A DNA stretch of 24,534 nucleotides from a virus (lineage: Duplodnaviria; Caudoviricetes), in IMG/VR virus record IMGVR_UViG_3300046482_000097, positions 1 through 24,534 of that record; one strand, written 5' to 3'. A program made the position numbers and the translations under genes. Of this stretch, positions 1 through 8,134 are shown one piece after another. How positions within the stretch are numbered: position 1 is the first letter of the stretch; the number at the start of each line of letters is the position of its first letter. The notes below the pieces were generated by a model. It did no database searches. It was not told the DNA's origin and worked only from the letters and a program-made list of their open reading frames with translations.

Positions 1-2
1 TA

Positions 3-131
3 GTGCCCGTGCGGATGGCGAAGGGCCGCTCGACCGTGGCCGACATGGCCGCGACGCTCCGTGAAGCCAAGACACCCGAAGAGATGGGCGCCGCGATCAA
101 GAGCTTCACCGCTGGCGTGAGGCGGCGATGA
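3..131 (+). CDS. 3' end of a hypothetical protein (probably truncated by the window start)
   Basis: Open frame VPVRMAKGRSTVADMAATLREAKTPEEMGAAIKSFTAGVRRR*. Its TGA overlaps the next ATG (ATGA at 128-131). Confidence 0.55.
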   Translation: MPVRMAKGRSTVADMAATLREAKTPEEMGAAIKSFTAGVRRR

Positions 132-637
132 CGATTGCGATCAAGCCTTCGGCTCCATCTGTCCACGTGACCAAGCTCCTCGAGGAGCAGGTGCTCGATT
201 ACTTCTGGGCCGCGCAAGCAGATGCCGAGGTCGATCGGTTGCAACTACTCAAGCAGTTGGCGGTCGTCGCAATCGCGCGACCACACGAATGGGATGCGGT
301 GGCCGTTCGCCGCGCTTGCGCGAATGACAACCTCGAGGCCGATCGGTGCTTCTCCTGTCGTTCTGACGATCGGCGCTTGTATTGGCACCACGTCATCGAA
401 GTTCACCACGGCGGCAGCAACTCACCACGCAACCGCGTCGCGCTCTGTTTTCGGTGCCATCAAGTGATCCATCCGTGGTTACAGCCATGGCCCGGAGACC
501 TAGGGCCGTGGGTTCGCGTCGGCGAGATCGTCGAGGCTATAGCTAACGGCCGCTATGTCTTCGACTCAGGGCCGCCGCGGCGTCAGGTGCTCGACGATGA
601 CCCACAAGCTGGAGAGACGCGCGAGGCGGTGTCGTGA
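128..637 (+). CDS. HNH endonuclease domain protein
   Basis: CFSC...HHVIEVHHGGSNSPRNRVALCFRCHQVIH matches the CxxC-HH-GG-N-N-LCxxCH HNH/Zn-finger pattern. Confidence 0.85.
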   Translation: MTIAIKPSAPSVHVTKLLEEQVLDYFWAAQADAEVDRLQLLKQLAVVAIARPHEWDAVAVRRACANDNLEADRCFSCRSDDRRLYWHHVIEVHHGGSNSPRNRVALCFRCHQVIHPWLQPWPGDLGPWVRVGEIVEAIANGRYVFDSGPPRRQVLDDDPQAGETREAVS

Positions 638-870
638 TCTGCGGGGCGGTGAAGGCCATTGACGGCGGCTCGGCGCTCGTGTGCACGCGGGAGGCCGCGC
701 ACCTGGGCCCGCATGCCGTGCTGCACCTCGGGCACGCGTTTACGCAGTGGGGCGAGGGCATCACGTGGACGACCGCGGACCAGGCGCGTCGCGACGCCAG
801 GCACCAGTGGGTGAAGCCGCACGTGCGGCGCGCGTATCAGACGCTCGCCATGTGGAAGGTGGGACGCTGA
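634..870 (+). CDS. Small Cys/His-containing hypothetical protein
   Basis: GTGA overlap with the upstream stop and TGATG overlap downstream; C...CTREAAHLGPH possible metal-binding pattern. Confidence 0.6.
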   Translation: MICGAVKAIDGGSALVCTREAAHLGPHAVLHLGHAFTQWGEGITWTTADQARRDARHQWVKPHVRRAYQTLAMWKVGR

Positions 871-1946
871 TGGCGCAACGTGTGTGGACCTGTCCATGCG
901 GCTGGCGCTCGATCGCCGAGAACGTTGGCGGGCCTGGCCAGACTGGCGACGCGCCGCCGCACTGTCGCCGGTGCCACGGCGACCGGATGAGGGTGACGAG
1001 CGAGCGGCATCCGAAGGTGACGATCGTGTGCAGGGGCTGCCGCACCGACTTCATCGCGCACCTGAAGGCGACGCATTGCCCCACGTGCAAGACCGCCAAG
1101 CGCATCGAAGGCGCGCGCGACCGGCGCAAGTACGTGTGGACCGAGAAGGCTGATCAACTGCTGCGCGAGCACTACAAGCACAACGCGACAGCGATCGCCG
1201 CGCGGTTCTTCCCGCAGTGGCCGAAATGGGCCGTCATCAAACGCGCCCAGCAACTGGGGCTGTGTCGCGTGAAGGAGAAGCCGTGGACGCGGGCGGAGGA
1301 TCAGTTCATCGCCGAGCACGCGGGCGCACGCACGGCGCACTGGATGGCGAAGCAGCTCCGCACGCGGACTACGACCGCGATCGTCGTGCGGCTCAAGCGT
1401 CTGCAGATCAGCAGACGTATTCAGGCCGACGGCCTGACGCTGTCGCAACTCGAGCAAGCGCTCGGCGTCGACCATCGGCAGATCGTCGCGTGGTATCGCA
1501 GCGGCCGGCTGAAAGGCGTCTATCGCGCGAATCCACACGAGCACGAGCGCTACGAGTTTCAGGAGCCGGACATCGCCGCGTTCCTGCTCGCGCATCCATC
1601 CGCGTTCCGCCTCGACCGTGTCGATCAGGTGTGGTTCATGGGGTTGGTGCGCGACGCGGTCCAGCGCGCCGCGGAGAACACGAACCCGCGCAAGGTCAAG
1701 GCGACCGCGCCCCGCGGAGCAGCCACGACGATCCCGCGGCGCGAGATCCAGCCGTGCATTGGCGCCGGTGACGACACGCCCTGCCCGTTCGAGAAGACCG
1801 TGCAGGCGAAGCCGGGCATCCCCGCGCGGTGTCCCGACTGCATGCTCGCCTTCAAGCAGCAGCTGCGTCGCGAAGAGCTCGATCGGCTGCGTCGCATCAC
1901 GGCGGTCACGGCGCCGGTCGGCTCAGGCGCGCTCGTGGAGGTGTAG
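870..1946 (+). CDS. Multi-domain DNA-binding protein (Zn ribbons, two Myb/SANT-like repeats, MerR/excisionase-like HTH, C-terminal Zn finger)
   Basis: Start re-called to ATG 870 (TGATG overlap, GGAAGG upstream). CPC/CRRC/CRGC/CPTC pairs; WTEKADQLLREHY and WTRAEDQFIAEHA repeats; LTLSQLEQALGVDHRQIVAWYRSGRLKG HTH; C..C..CPDC at the C-terminus. Confidence 0.75.
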   Translation: MAQRVWTCPCGWRSIAENVGGPGQTGDAPPHCRRCHGDRMRVTSERHPKVTIVCRGCRTDFIAHLKATHCPTCKTAKRIEGARDRRKYVWTEKADQLLREHYKHNATAIAARFFPQWPKWAVIKRAQQLGLCRVKEKPWTRAEDQFIAEHAGARTAHWMAKQLRTRTTTAIVVRLKRLQISRRIQADGLTLSQLEQALGVDHRQIVAWYRSGRLKGVYRANPHEHERYEFQEPDIAAFLLAHPSAFRLDRVDQVWFMGLVRDAVQRAAENTNPRKVKATAPRGAATTIPRREIQPCIGAGDDTPCPFEKTVQAKPGIPARCPDCMLAFKQQLRREELDRLRRITAVTAPVGSGALVEV

Positions 1947-1948
1947 CC

Positions 1949-2440
1949 GTGGCGTCGCTGAAACAGCCGGCGATGTTCGCGCTGCGGAAGGTTGGCCAGG
2001 CTGAGCGCCCGCCGATCGAGGCGCTGATGCTCGCGCATCGGTTGCCGACGCCGGAGCAGGAGTATCAATTCGCGAAAGCGACGATCGGTCGGCTGTGGGC
2101 CTTCGATTATGCGTGGCCCGACGTCAAGGTCGCGCTCGAAGTCGAGGGCGGCGGATTCGGACGCTACATCGTCGTCGAGCGCGGCCACGAGCGGCGCCGC
2201 GGCAAGAGCATTCCGCTCAAGCCCAACACGGCGATCCGCGTCGGCGGACGGCACAACACGGGCGAGGGGATGCAGGAGGACGCGCGGAAATACAACCGCG
2301 CCGCGATCCTCGGGTGGCTCGTGGTCCGCGTCACGACCACGATGATCCGCGACGGCGAGGCGATGGAGTTTCTGCTCGCGGCGATGCAGTCGAGAGGATG
2401 GAGGGCGAACGACGATGGCACACCTATGCCCGCTGTGTAA
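1949..2440 (+). CDS. Vsr/DUF559-like PD-(D/E)xK phage endonuclease
   Basis: EYQF...WAFDYAWPDVKVALEVEGG...GGRH...EDARKYNRAAILGWLVVRVT is the typical family pattern. Start re-called to GTG 1949 after GGAGG. Confidence 0.8.
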   Translation: MASLKQPAMFALRKVGQAERPPIEALMLAHRLPTPEQEYQFAKATIGRLWAFDYAWPDVKVALEVEGGGFGRYIVVERGHERRRGKSIPLKPNTAIRVGGRHNTGEGMQEDARKYNRAAILGWLVVRVTTTMIRDGEAMEFLLAAMQSRGWRANDDGTPMPAV

Positions 2441-2579
2441 CGAGGAGTGCGCGTGCCGCGGTGATGACGGCCGCGTCGTGAGCCTGCACATGCCCGAGGA
2501 CTGCGAGCACTGTGAGGCCGAGGATGACGACGACCTCGACGCGGATGACCAGGACGACGGCGACGAGCTCGATTGGTAG
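2415..2579 (+). CDS. 54-aa Cys-rich protein with an acidic tail (not in the ORF track)
   Basis: Manual translation MAHLCPLCNEECACRGDDGRVVSLHMPEDCEHCEAEDDDDLDADDQDDGDELDW*. GGAGG upstream; fills the gap before the gene at 2589. Confidence 0.65.
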   Translation: MAHLCPLCNEECACRGDDGRVVSLHMPEDCEHCEAEDDDDLDADDQDDGDELDW

Positions 2580-2588
2580 GAGGAGCGC

Positions 2589-3230
2589 ATGGCCAAGCCG
2601 AGGAGAGTCAGTTACGAATTGATCGAGCGCGACAGCGTGATCGGTCATCCGATGTACGCCCTGCTCGACGAGCTCGTGCACGCGCACCACGACGAGCTGC
2701 GCCAGGCGCGGATCGCGCTCGCCTGGAATCTCGCGTGGAGGCCTGACGTCGACGGCCACTGCACGCTCGGCAAGTGCAAGCGCGCCGGCGACCTCGATCG
2801 CGAGCTCACACAATTCGACTTCATCATCCTGCTGCTGCGGCCGTTCTGGCGACATGAGTCCGTGACGGACCTGCAGCGGCGGGCGCTGCTCGATCACGAG
2901 CTGTGTCACGGCGCACTGAAGTACGACAAGCACGGCGAGCCCGTCGAGGACGAGCGCGGCCGCAAGGTCTACCGCACGGTGAAGCACGACCTCGAGGAGT
3001 TCTCGATCATCGTCGAGCGGTACGGCGCGTACACGAAGGACATCGAGACATTCTTCGCGGCGCTGCGGCGCTCGGGGTATCCGGAGTTCCGCGGCTGCGC
3101 AGCGTGCGCCGAGGATCCTGCGGGGATCGGGTGGCGGACGGTGCTGGTGGACACCACGAGCCGCACGACGGTGCGCCGCTGCGCGTGCTGGGTCGAGTGG
3201 CAGCAGGTGCGCGAGGAACTGTCGGCGTAG
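2589..3230 (+). CDS. Putative phage metallopeptidase with a C-terminal Zn ribbon
   Basis: ALLDHELCH (HExxH) followed by KHDLEEF..IVERYG, typical of the phage metallopeptidase-like family; CAAC...CAC tail; AGGAG RBS. Confidence 0.8.
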   Translation: MAKPRRVSYELIERDSVIGHPMYALLDELVHAHHDELRQARIALAWNLAWRPDVDGHCTLGKCKRAGDLDRELTQFDFIILLLRPFWRHESVTDLQRRALLDHELCHGALKYDKHGEPVEDERGRKVYRTVKHDLEEFSIIVERYGAYTKDIETFFAALRRSGYPEFRGCAACAEDPAGIGWRTVLVDTTSRTTVRRCACWVEWQQVREELSA

Positions 3231-3232
3231 AG

Positions 3233-3568
3233 GTGCGGTCGCGATGGGTGGTGCTCGGACGATGGACGCACGTCGACGGCGGCGGCCGGCTCGTGCTGCT
3301 GCGCGACAAGACCTGGTGCACGTGGCGCCACGTCCTCCACATGCGCGGCTGCCCGGCGGTGTGGGTCTTCCGGTCACGCGCCGATGCGACGCGGGTGATC
3401 GGGCAGTGGAGCCGCGACGCGCGCGCGGCGATGACGGTGGAGGGTGTCGATGATCAGGGCCGACCCGCACGTGTACGCGCTCGCCGAAGCCTTCGTGAAC
3501 GAGGTGCTCGATCAGGTCGGGACACAGGCGCTCTCGGTGCGCGTGGTCGAGCAGCAGCGGCAGCGTGA
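3233..3568 (+). CDS. Hypothetical protein (uncertain)
   Basis: GTG two bases after the upstream stop; protein-like N-terminal 70 aa (RWVVLGRWTHVDGGGRLVLLRDKTW...). The 3' part overlaps the next gene by about 120 bp. Confidence 0.35.
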   Translation: MRSRWVVLGRWTHVDGGGRLVLLRDKTWCTWRHVLHMRGCPAVWVFRSRADATRVIGQWSRDARAAMTVEGVDDQGRPARVRARRSLRERGARSGRDTGALGARGRAAAAA

Positions 3569-3653
3569 GGCGCTGGTCTCTCGCGCCGCGGCCGCCATGC
3601 AGCAGGCCGTCGAGCAGGAGCTCGAGGCCATCCGCGCGGAACTGGTCGGATGA
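3450..3653 (+). CDS. Small helical hypothetical protein
   Basis: ATG 3450 after GGAGG; MIRADPHVYALAEAFVNEVLD...; ATGA overlap with the next gene. Confidence 0.65.
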   Translation: MIRADPHVYALAEAFVNEVLDQVGTQALSVRVVEQQRQREALVSRAAAAMQQAVEQELEAIRAELVG

Positions 3654-3901
3654 CCTGTCCGAAGTGCGGCGGCAAGACCGGCGTCTACGGCACACGGGGC
3701 CCGCACCGGTACCGGTGCTGCATCAGCGCCACGTGTGGGCACAAATTCCGCACGCGCGAAGTCCTCTTTGACGAGAAACCGTCCATTACTGGACAGCGCC
3801 CAAAATTAGCCACCAAAACAGCCGAGCGACCTGCGCACACTACAACGCATGCGACACAGCCTGCTGCGTTTGGTCGTGGCGGTGCTCTGTCTCGCGACTG
3901 A
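3650..3901 (+). CDS. Ogr/Delta- or NrdR-N-like zinc-ribbon protein, possible transcription regulator
   Basis: MTCPKCGGKTGVYGTR....RYRCCISATCGHKFRTRE fits the CPxC...RxRxC..CGxxFxTxE zinc ribbon. Last gene of the overlapping early-type block. Confidence 0.7.
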   Translation: MTCPKCGGKTGVYGTRGPHRYRCCISATCGHKFRTREVLFDEKPSITGQRPKLATKTAERPAHTTTHATQPAAFGRGGALSRD

Positions 3902-4397
3902 CGTCCTCGCAGCTGGCCCTGTTCCCGCCCAGCAGATCACCTGGCTCCAGCCGAACACCTCGGCGACCACGGCGCAGGGCTACACCTACACCCTGACCCT
4001 CACCGAAGAAGGCAAGGCGCCGCGCGACATTCCGGTCGCGAGCGTCCTCTGCGGCGGTCTGACGATCCACGCGGAATGTGCGGTCGCGCTGCCGGCCTCC
4101 GCTGAGCCAGCCATCATCAGCGGGAACGTCAGCGTCCTGCGGGCTCTGGATACGGCATTCCCCACGGATCCGACGTCGAGCCTCCCGTTTACCGGCGATC
4201 AAGGGTGCATCTTCCGGACGCTGCTGTATGCGCTCAATGAGCGCGGCACCGCACAGTCGAATAAGCAAAATCTCACGGCGGTCTACGCCGAATTCCAGAC
4301 GGCGAAGTTCCGGCACGTCCGGACCCAGCCACTGCCGAAGGGCAACCAGTTTCAAGTCATCGGCGACTGTGCCGGCCAGATCGTGCCGTGGCCCTGA
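3849..4397 (+). CDS. Secreted beta-rich protein (signal peptide, Fn3/Ig-like)
   Basis: MRHSLLRLVVAVLCLATDVLAA signal peptide; ITWLQP...GYTYTLTL beta pattern; four Cys in the mature part. Confidence 0.7.
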   Translation: MRHSLLRLVVAVLCLATDVLAAGPVPAQQITWLQPNTSATTAQGYTYTLTLTEEGKAPRDIPVASVLCGGLTIHAECAVALPASAEPAIISGNVSVLRALDTAFPTDPTSSLPFTGDQGCIFRTLLYALNERGTAQSNKQNLTAVYAEFQTAKFRHVRTQPLPKGNQFQVIGDCAGQIVPWP

Positions 4398-4414
4398 TGA
4401 CGCGAGGAGTACGA

Positions 4415-5098
4415 ATGCGACGTGTTGCTGCTCTGATGGTGCTCTTACTGGTCGCGGTGGACGCGGTGGCTCAGACGTCCTACCCCGCACCCTATCCGGC
4501 GGGGATGCGCGTACAGGTCGCACAAGCGGCGCTGGCTCGGAATACGCCGTCGCTGACGGGGACCTGCGGGGCCGATAACCATCCCTGCACGGCGGTCGAC
4601 GCCATCTTGCCAGGGGTCTTCGGTGTGGTGCTCACCGATGCGCCGGTGCTCGACGCGGCCGGCTTCTGGTGGCTCCGCGTGACGTTCGATACACAAGTGA
4701 CGGGATGGGTGTCGGCCTATCCGCCCTTTCTGATCACGCTCACTCCGCCGGAAATGATCGCCGGGTCGAGTTTCCGCATCGCGGCGGATTACACAGGCCC
4801 GCCGTTGACGGCTGGGCGATGTCTCTATGACGGGTTGCAGGTCACGGCCACACTGGCACTACAGCCAAGCGGGACGAGTGTCAGCGGCACGATTCAGTGT
4901 GCCGTCTGGGACAAGCCTCCGGTCGGGAATCACATCGCGGTCGTGCAGGCGATCAATCTCGGCAAGGACGGCGCCACGCAGACGACGCCGAGCACCGAGT
5001 TCCAGTTCATCGTCACGGACTCACCGAAGCCGCTCCCTCCGACCGCGCCATCGAATCTCCGGATCGGTCCGGTGACGGCGCCGACTGTGAACAAGTGA
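4415..5098 (+). CDS. Secreted protein with an SH3-like and an Fn3-like domain
   Basis: ATG 4415 after GAGGAG; MRRVAALMVLLLVAVDAVAQ signal peptide; FWWLRVTFDTQVTGWVSA SH3b-like end; C-terminal PTAPSNLRI. Confidence 0.72.
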   Translation: MRRVAALMVLLLVAVDAVAQTSYPAPYPAGMRVQVAQAALARNTPSLTGTCGADNHPCTAVDAILPGVFGVVLTDAPVLDAAGFWWLRVTFDTQVTGWVSAYPPFLITLTPPEMIAGSSFRIAADYTGPPLTAGRCLYDGLQVTATLALQPSGTSVSGTIQCAVWDKPPVGNHIAVVQAINLGKDGATQTTPSTEFQFIVTDSPKPLPPTAPSNLRIGPVTAPTVNK

Positions 5099-5101
5099 CC
5101 G

Positions 5102-5332
5102 ATGACTCGCGAGCGTCGTCAGATCCGACTCCTGCAGCTCGCGATCATGCGCGCGCACTGGTCGCGGCCGAGACGGCGTGCATACCTCGTGAAGAAGCTG
5201 CACCTCGGGCCCACGCCGTGGGCGAGTCGGTTGCCGCGCGGCGTGTATCGCGGACCGTGGCCGGCCCTCGTGGAGGCGATCGCGGACGCGTCGCCATTGC
5301 CAGACAAACCGCACACTCGAGAAGTAGCGTAA
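5102..5332 (+). CDS. Small basic hypothetical protein
   Basis: 76-aa ORF filling the gap between two genes; Arg-rich; no motif recognised. Confidence 0.5.
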   Translation: MTRERRQIRLLQLAIMRAHWSRPRRRAYLVKKLHLGPTPWASRLPRGVYRGPWPALVEAIADASPLPDKPHTREVA

Positions 5333-5360
5333 ACCCGGGCGACGTGAAGGAGAACGGACG

Positions 5361-6023
5361 ATGAACAGGGCCAACAACCTGGCACTCGCGGGCGCGGTGG
5401 TCGCGACCTTGATACCGAAGCATGGGTTCTACGATCGCGGGATGCCGGCGGATCTCCCGGTGCGCTACCGTGTGCGCGGGCTCTGGCTCGAGCTCTGCCT
5501 GCGGGTGCGGCTGTTCTTCACGGGCGCGTACCGCGGCCTGAAGGGGACGGGCGTCTTCGGCATCGGCCGACTCTACGCGTCGGTGATTCGCGCCGACGGT
5601 ACGATCGAGCACCTGGGGCTACTCTCGACGAAGTCGATCACGGACGCCGGCGTCGCCTATCTCGTCGACGACTGGGACAACGACGCGACCGACATCACGA
5701 GCCTGCACTTCCACGGGTGCGGCACCGGCACGAACGCCGAGAACGTGACGGACGTCGCCCTGCAGACGGAGTCGACGACCGCGCTCAACCCTGACAACAC
5801 GCGCGCGACCGGCACCGAATCGCAGCCGGCGGCGAATCAACTCCGGACGATCGGGACGGTGACCTTCGACAACACGGCGGCGATCACGGAGCACGGCATC
5901 TTCAGCCAGGCGGCCACCGGCGGCGGCACGCTGTGGGATCGCTCGGTGTTCAGCGCCATAAACGTGGTTTCAGGGGATAGCATTCAGTTCACGTATACCT
6001 TAAGCGTCAGCTCTGGAGGCTAG
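5361..6023 (+). CDS. Putative virion fibre subunit (tail-collar/fibre beta-sandwich type)
   Basis: Strong AAGGAG RBS. ITDAGVAYL...GCGTGT.AE..TDVALQTE...ITEHGIF.....GTLWDRSVFSAINV.SGDSIQFTYTL resembles the phage tail-collar/fibre-attachment domain pattern. Confidence 0.65.
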   Translation: MNRANNLALAGAVVATLIPKHGFYDRGMPADLPVRYRVRGLWLELCLRVRLFFTGAYRGLKGTGVFGIGRLYASVIRADGTIEHLGLLSTKSITDAGVAYLVDDWDNDATDITSLHFHGCGTGTNAENVTDVALQTESTTALNPDNTRATGTESQPAANQLRTIGTVTFDNTAAITEHGIFSQAATGGGTLWDRSVFSAINVVSGDSIQFTYTLSVSSGG

Positions 6024-6109
6024 TGGATACTTTGCCTGTTGGTGGATAAAGGCGATGAACGCGCGAGGCCCGTCGCCGTCAGCACTCCCCCCTCTCTCGA
6101 AGAATTGAT

Positions 6110-6781
6110 ATGAGTCTCTATACGCGCCTGCTCGGTCAGGACGCGCCTGGCATCCAGGTTCATACCTTCATGTCTGCCATTGGCGAGTGGCAGCGCGGAT
6201 TCATGACGCAGGCGCAAGTCGTCGCGCTGTTCACGCTCTCGCCGTCCGAAGAAACGGAAGCCGCGGCGCTTCTGGCCCGCATCGTCGACCCGCGCGAGTC
6301 GGTGACCCTGGCGACGGTGCCGGCGGGCCATACGTTGACCAACGTCGGGACCACGTTCGACGCGATCCCCGGGAGTCAAAATCTGGGGTTTGCCGCGGTG
6401 CAATCGGCCGGGATCACGCAGGTGACCTTCGGCGTGCGGGTGAACAAGGTCGGCGCGGGGACGCAGTTCTGGCAGCTGTGGAACGACACCGACGGCGTCG
6501 AGGTCGCCGTGATCAGCGACGCGGGCGCGACCGGGATCAAGTATCTGCAGACGACGCAGACCTTCCCGTCGCCGCTCGGGCCTGGGATCAAAATCGCGCG
6601 CGTGCGCGCGCGCAGTACGACCGCGGCCGACGACCCGGTCTTCTTCAGCGCGTTCATGTCGATTCAGCGGGCATCGAATTTGACGACGCTGGAACTGCAC
6701 GAGGTGCTGCTGCTTGGGGAATACCGTGGCTCGCCGTATACGACGGAAGCGGCGCTGAAGGCGCGACTCGGGGTCGCGTAA
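6110..6781 (+). CDS. Hypothetical protein of the fibre module (helical termini around a beta-rich central domain)
   Basis: 223-aa ORF with phage-like codon usage; helical-looking N-terminal 58 aa and C-terminal 35 aa flank a segment of alternating beta strands. Confidence 0.7.
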   Translation: MSLYTRLLGQDAPGIQVHTFMSAIGEWQRGFMTQAQVVALFTLSPSEETEAAALLARIVDPRESVTLATVPAGHTLTNVGTTFDAIPGSQNLGFAAVQSAGITQVTFGVRVNKVGAGTQFWQLWNDTDGVEVAVISDAGATGIKYLQTTQTFPSPLGPGIKIARVRARSTTAADDPVFFSAFMSIQRASNLTTLELHEVLLLGEYRGSPYTTEAALKARLGVA

Positions 6782-6784
6782 CGC

Positions 6785-8134
6785 ATGGGCGTGTCGTGCA
6801 AGGTCGGCGCATTTAGCACCGGCACAGGCGCGGTCGACAGTACGCAAGATGTGACCTGCGGCTTCCAGCCGAAGGCGATCATTTTTTGGTGGAGTGGGCA
6901 CACGTCGTCCACGGACTCCTGCACGTTTGGCGATTCCAAGATGGGTGTCGGGTTCGGCACCCAGACCGAACGCGGGTGCGTTACGAGCACAGACGACAAC
7001 GGAGCCGGTAGTCAGGGTGCGAGCAGCGGCGTGCGAGAGGATGCCTGTATCGCCTCGCTCACCGTCAACTCTACGACGTGGGACGGGTTGATCGACCTCG
7101 ATGCCTTGGCGAATTGGCCGAGTGATGGGTTCCGGTTGATCGTTGACGATGTCATGCCCATCGACATGCGAGTGAGTTTCATTGCCTTTGGCGGCAGTGA
7201 CATCACCAACGTGGATCTCCATCGGTACAGCGAACTGGCTGGGGCCACTGGAACCTTCGATATTGCCATCACCGGGGCATTCCAGCCGGACATCGTCTTT
7301 TTTACGAACTGGCAAGGCACTACAAACCCGCCGCAGGCCGGAGGGAGCACCGGTCATTTCTGTTTCGGTGCTGCTCGTACGGGCAGCGAGGCGGCGATTT
7401 TGTACGGTGCCACCGATGCAGGTTCAGCGAGTTCGGACACGGCGTCGTACTGTACGGACGTCTTAGATGTGACGGGTCTGGAGAGTTTGACTGATCCAAC
7501 GGCCCTCAGCATCTCTCGCGTGGCGTTCGTCCAGATGAATTCAGACGGGTTCCGTCTGAATAAGGTGGCTTTCACGGGTGTGAATACCTTCCAAGCCTTT
7601 GCGCTGTGTATTAAGGGCGGGCTCTGGAAGATCAACCCGATCACGACCCTGACCAACACGACGAACGACATCACCATCAGCGGGATCGGTGGCACGCCGA
7701 AAGGCGTCATCGTGGCGTCGGCAGCTCGCGCCGAATCAGCCGCAGGCACACCCACCGCGCCTTGGCACACGTCCATTGGCGCAGCGACGTCTACGTCCGA
7801 GCGGACAGCGCAGGCCGTCATATCCAGTTCTGGTGACGCGAACATGCGCGTCATCCGTGCGGTCGAGACGGACGAGATCTATATCAACATTCAGGATCCC
7901 GGATCTGATGGAGCGGACGGCGCCTCGGGAACCGTGCAAGGTCTGATGGACGTGCAGAGCGTGGATGCGGACGGGTTCTCATTTCGCATGGATGACGCGG
8001 ATCCGTCTGGGTGCTTTGCGTGGACGGTCATGATCGGCGAGGCGGCCGCGGCGGCACCCAAGACCGCGCCGGGATTTCTGCGGTTCGCCCATCACCCACG
8101 GCTTCGCTATCTCGGCTCGAGAAGGAGCGCGTAA
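6785..8134 (+). CDS. Putative receptor-binding or fibre-tip protein with three tandem ~140-aa domains
   Basis: Threefold repeat: GFQPKAIIF / GAFQPDIVFF / GGTPKGVIV and SDGFRLIV / SDGFRLNK / ADGFSFRM. Gly/Ser/Thr/Asp-rich; visibly more A/T-ending codons than its neighbours. Confidence 0.65.
   Translation: MGVSCKVGAFSTGTGAVDSTQDVTCGFQPKAIIFWWSGHTSSTDSCTFGDSKMGVGFGTQTERGCVTSTDDNGAGSQGASSGVREDACIASLTVNSTTWDGLIDLDALANWPSDGFRLIVDDVMPIDMRVSFIAFGGSDITNVDLHRYSELAGATGTFDIAITGAFQPDIVFFTNWQGTTNPPQAGGSTGHFCFGAARTGSEAAILYGATDAGSASSDTASYCTDVLDVTGLESLTDPTALSISRVAFVQMNSDGFRLNKVAFTGVNTFQAFALCIKGGLWKINPITTLTNTTNDITISGIGGTPKGVIVASAARAESAAGTPTAPWHTSIGAATSTSERTAQAVISSSGDANMRVIRAVETDEIYINIQDPGSDGADGASGTVQGLMDVQSVDADGFSFRMDDADPSGCFAWTVMIGEAAAAAPKTAPGFLRFAHHPRLRYLGSRRSA

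Noticed and set aside
128-637. HNH as a homing endonuclease within an intron
   Set aside because: It is coupled by 4-bp overlaps to both neighbours and no interrupted gene or intron structure is evident.
5955-6110. A/T-richer patch at the end of the 5361 gene as a sigma70 promoter or terminator
   Set aside because: No convincing -35/-10 pair with correct spacing and no strong hairpin with a U tract.
6785-8134. Diversity-generating retroelement target
   Set aside because: No reverse transcriptase and no template/variable repeat pair visible in the window.
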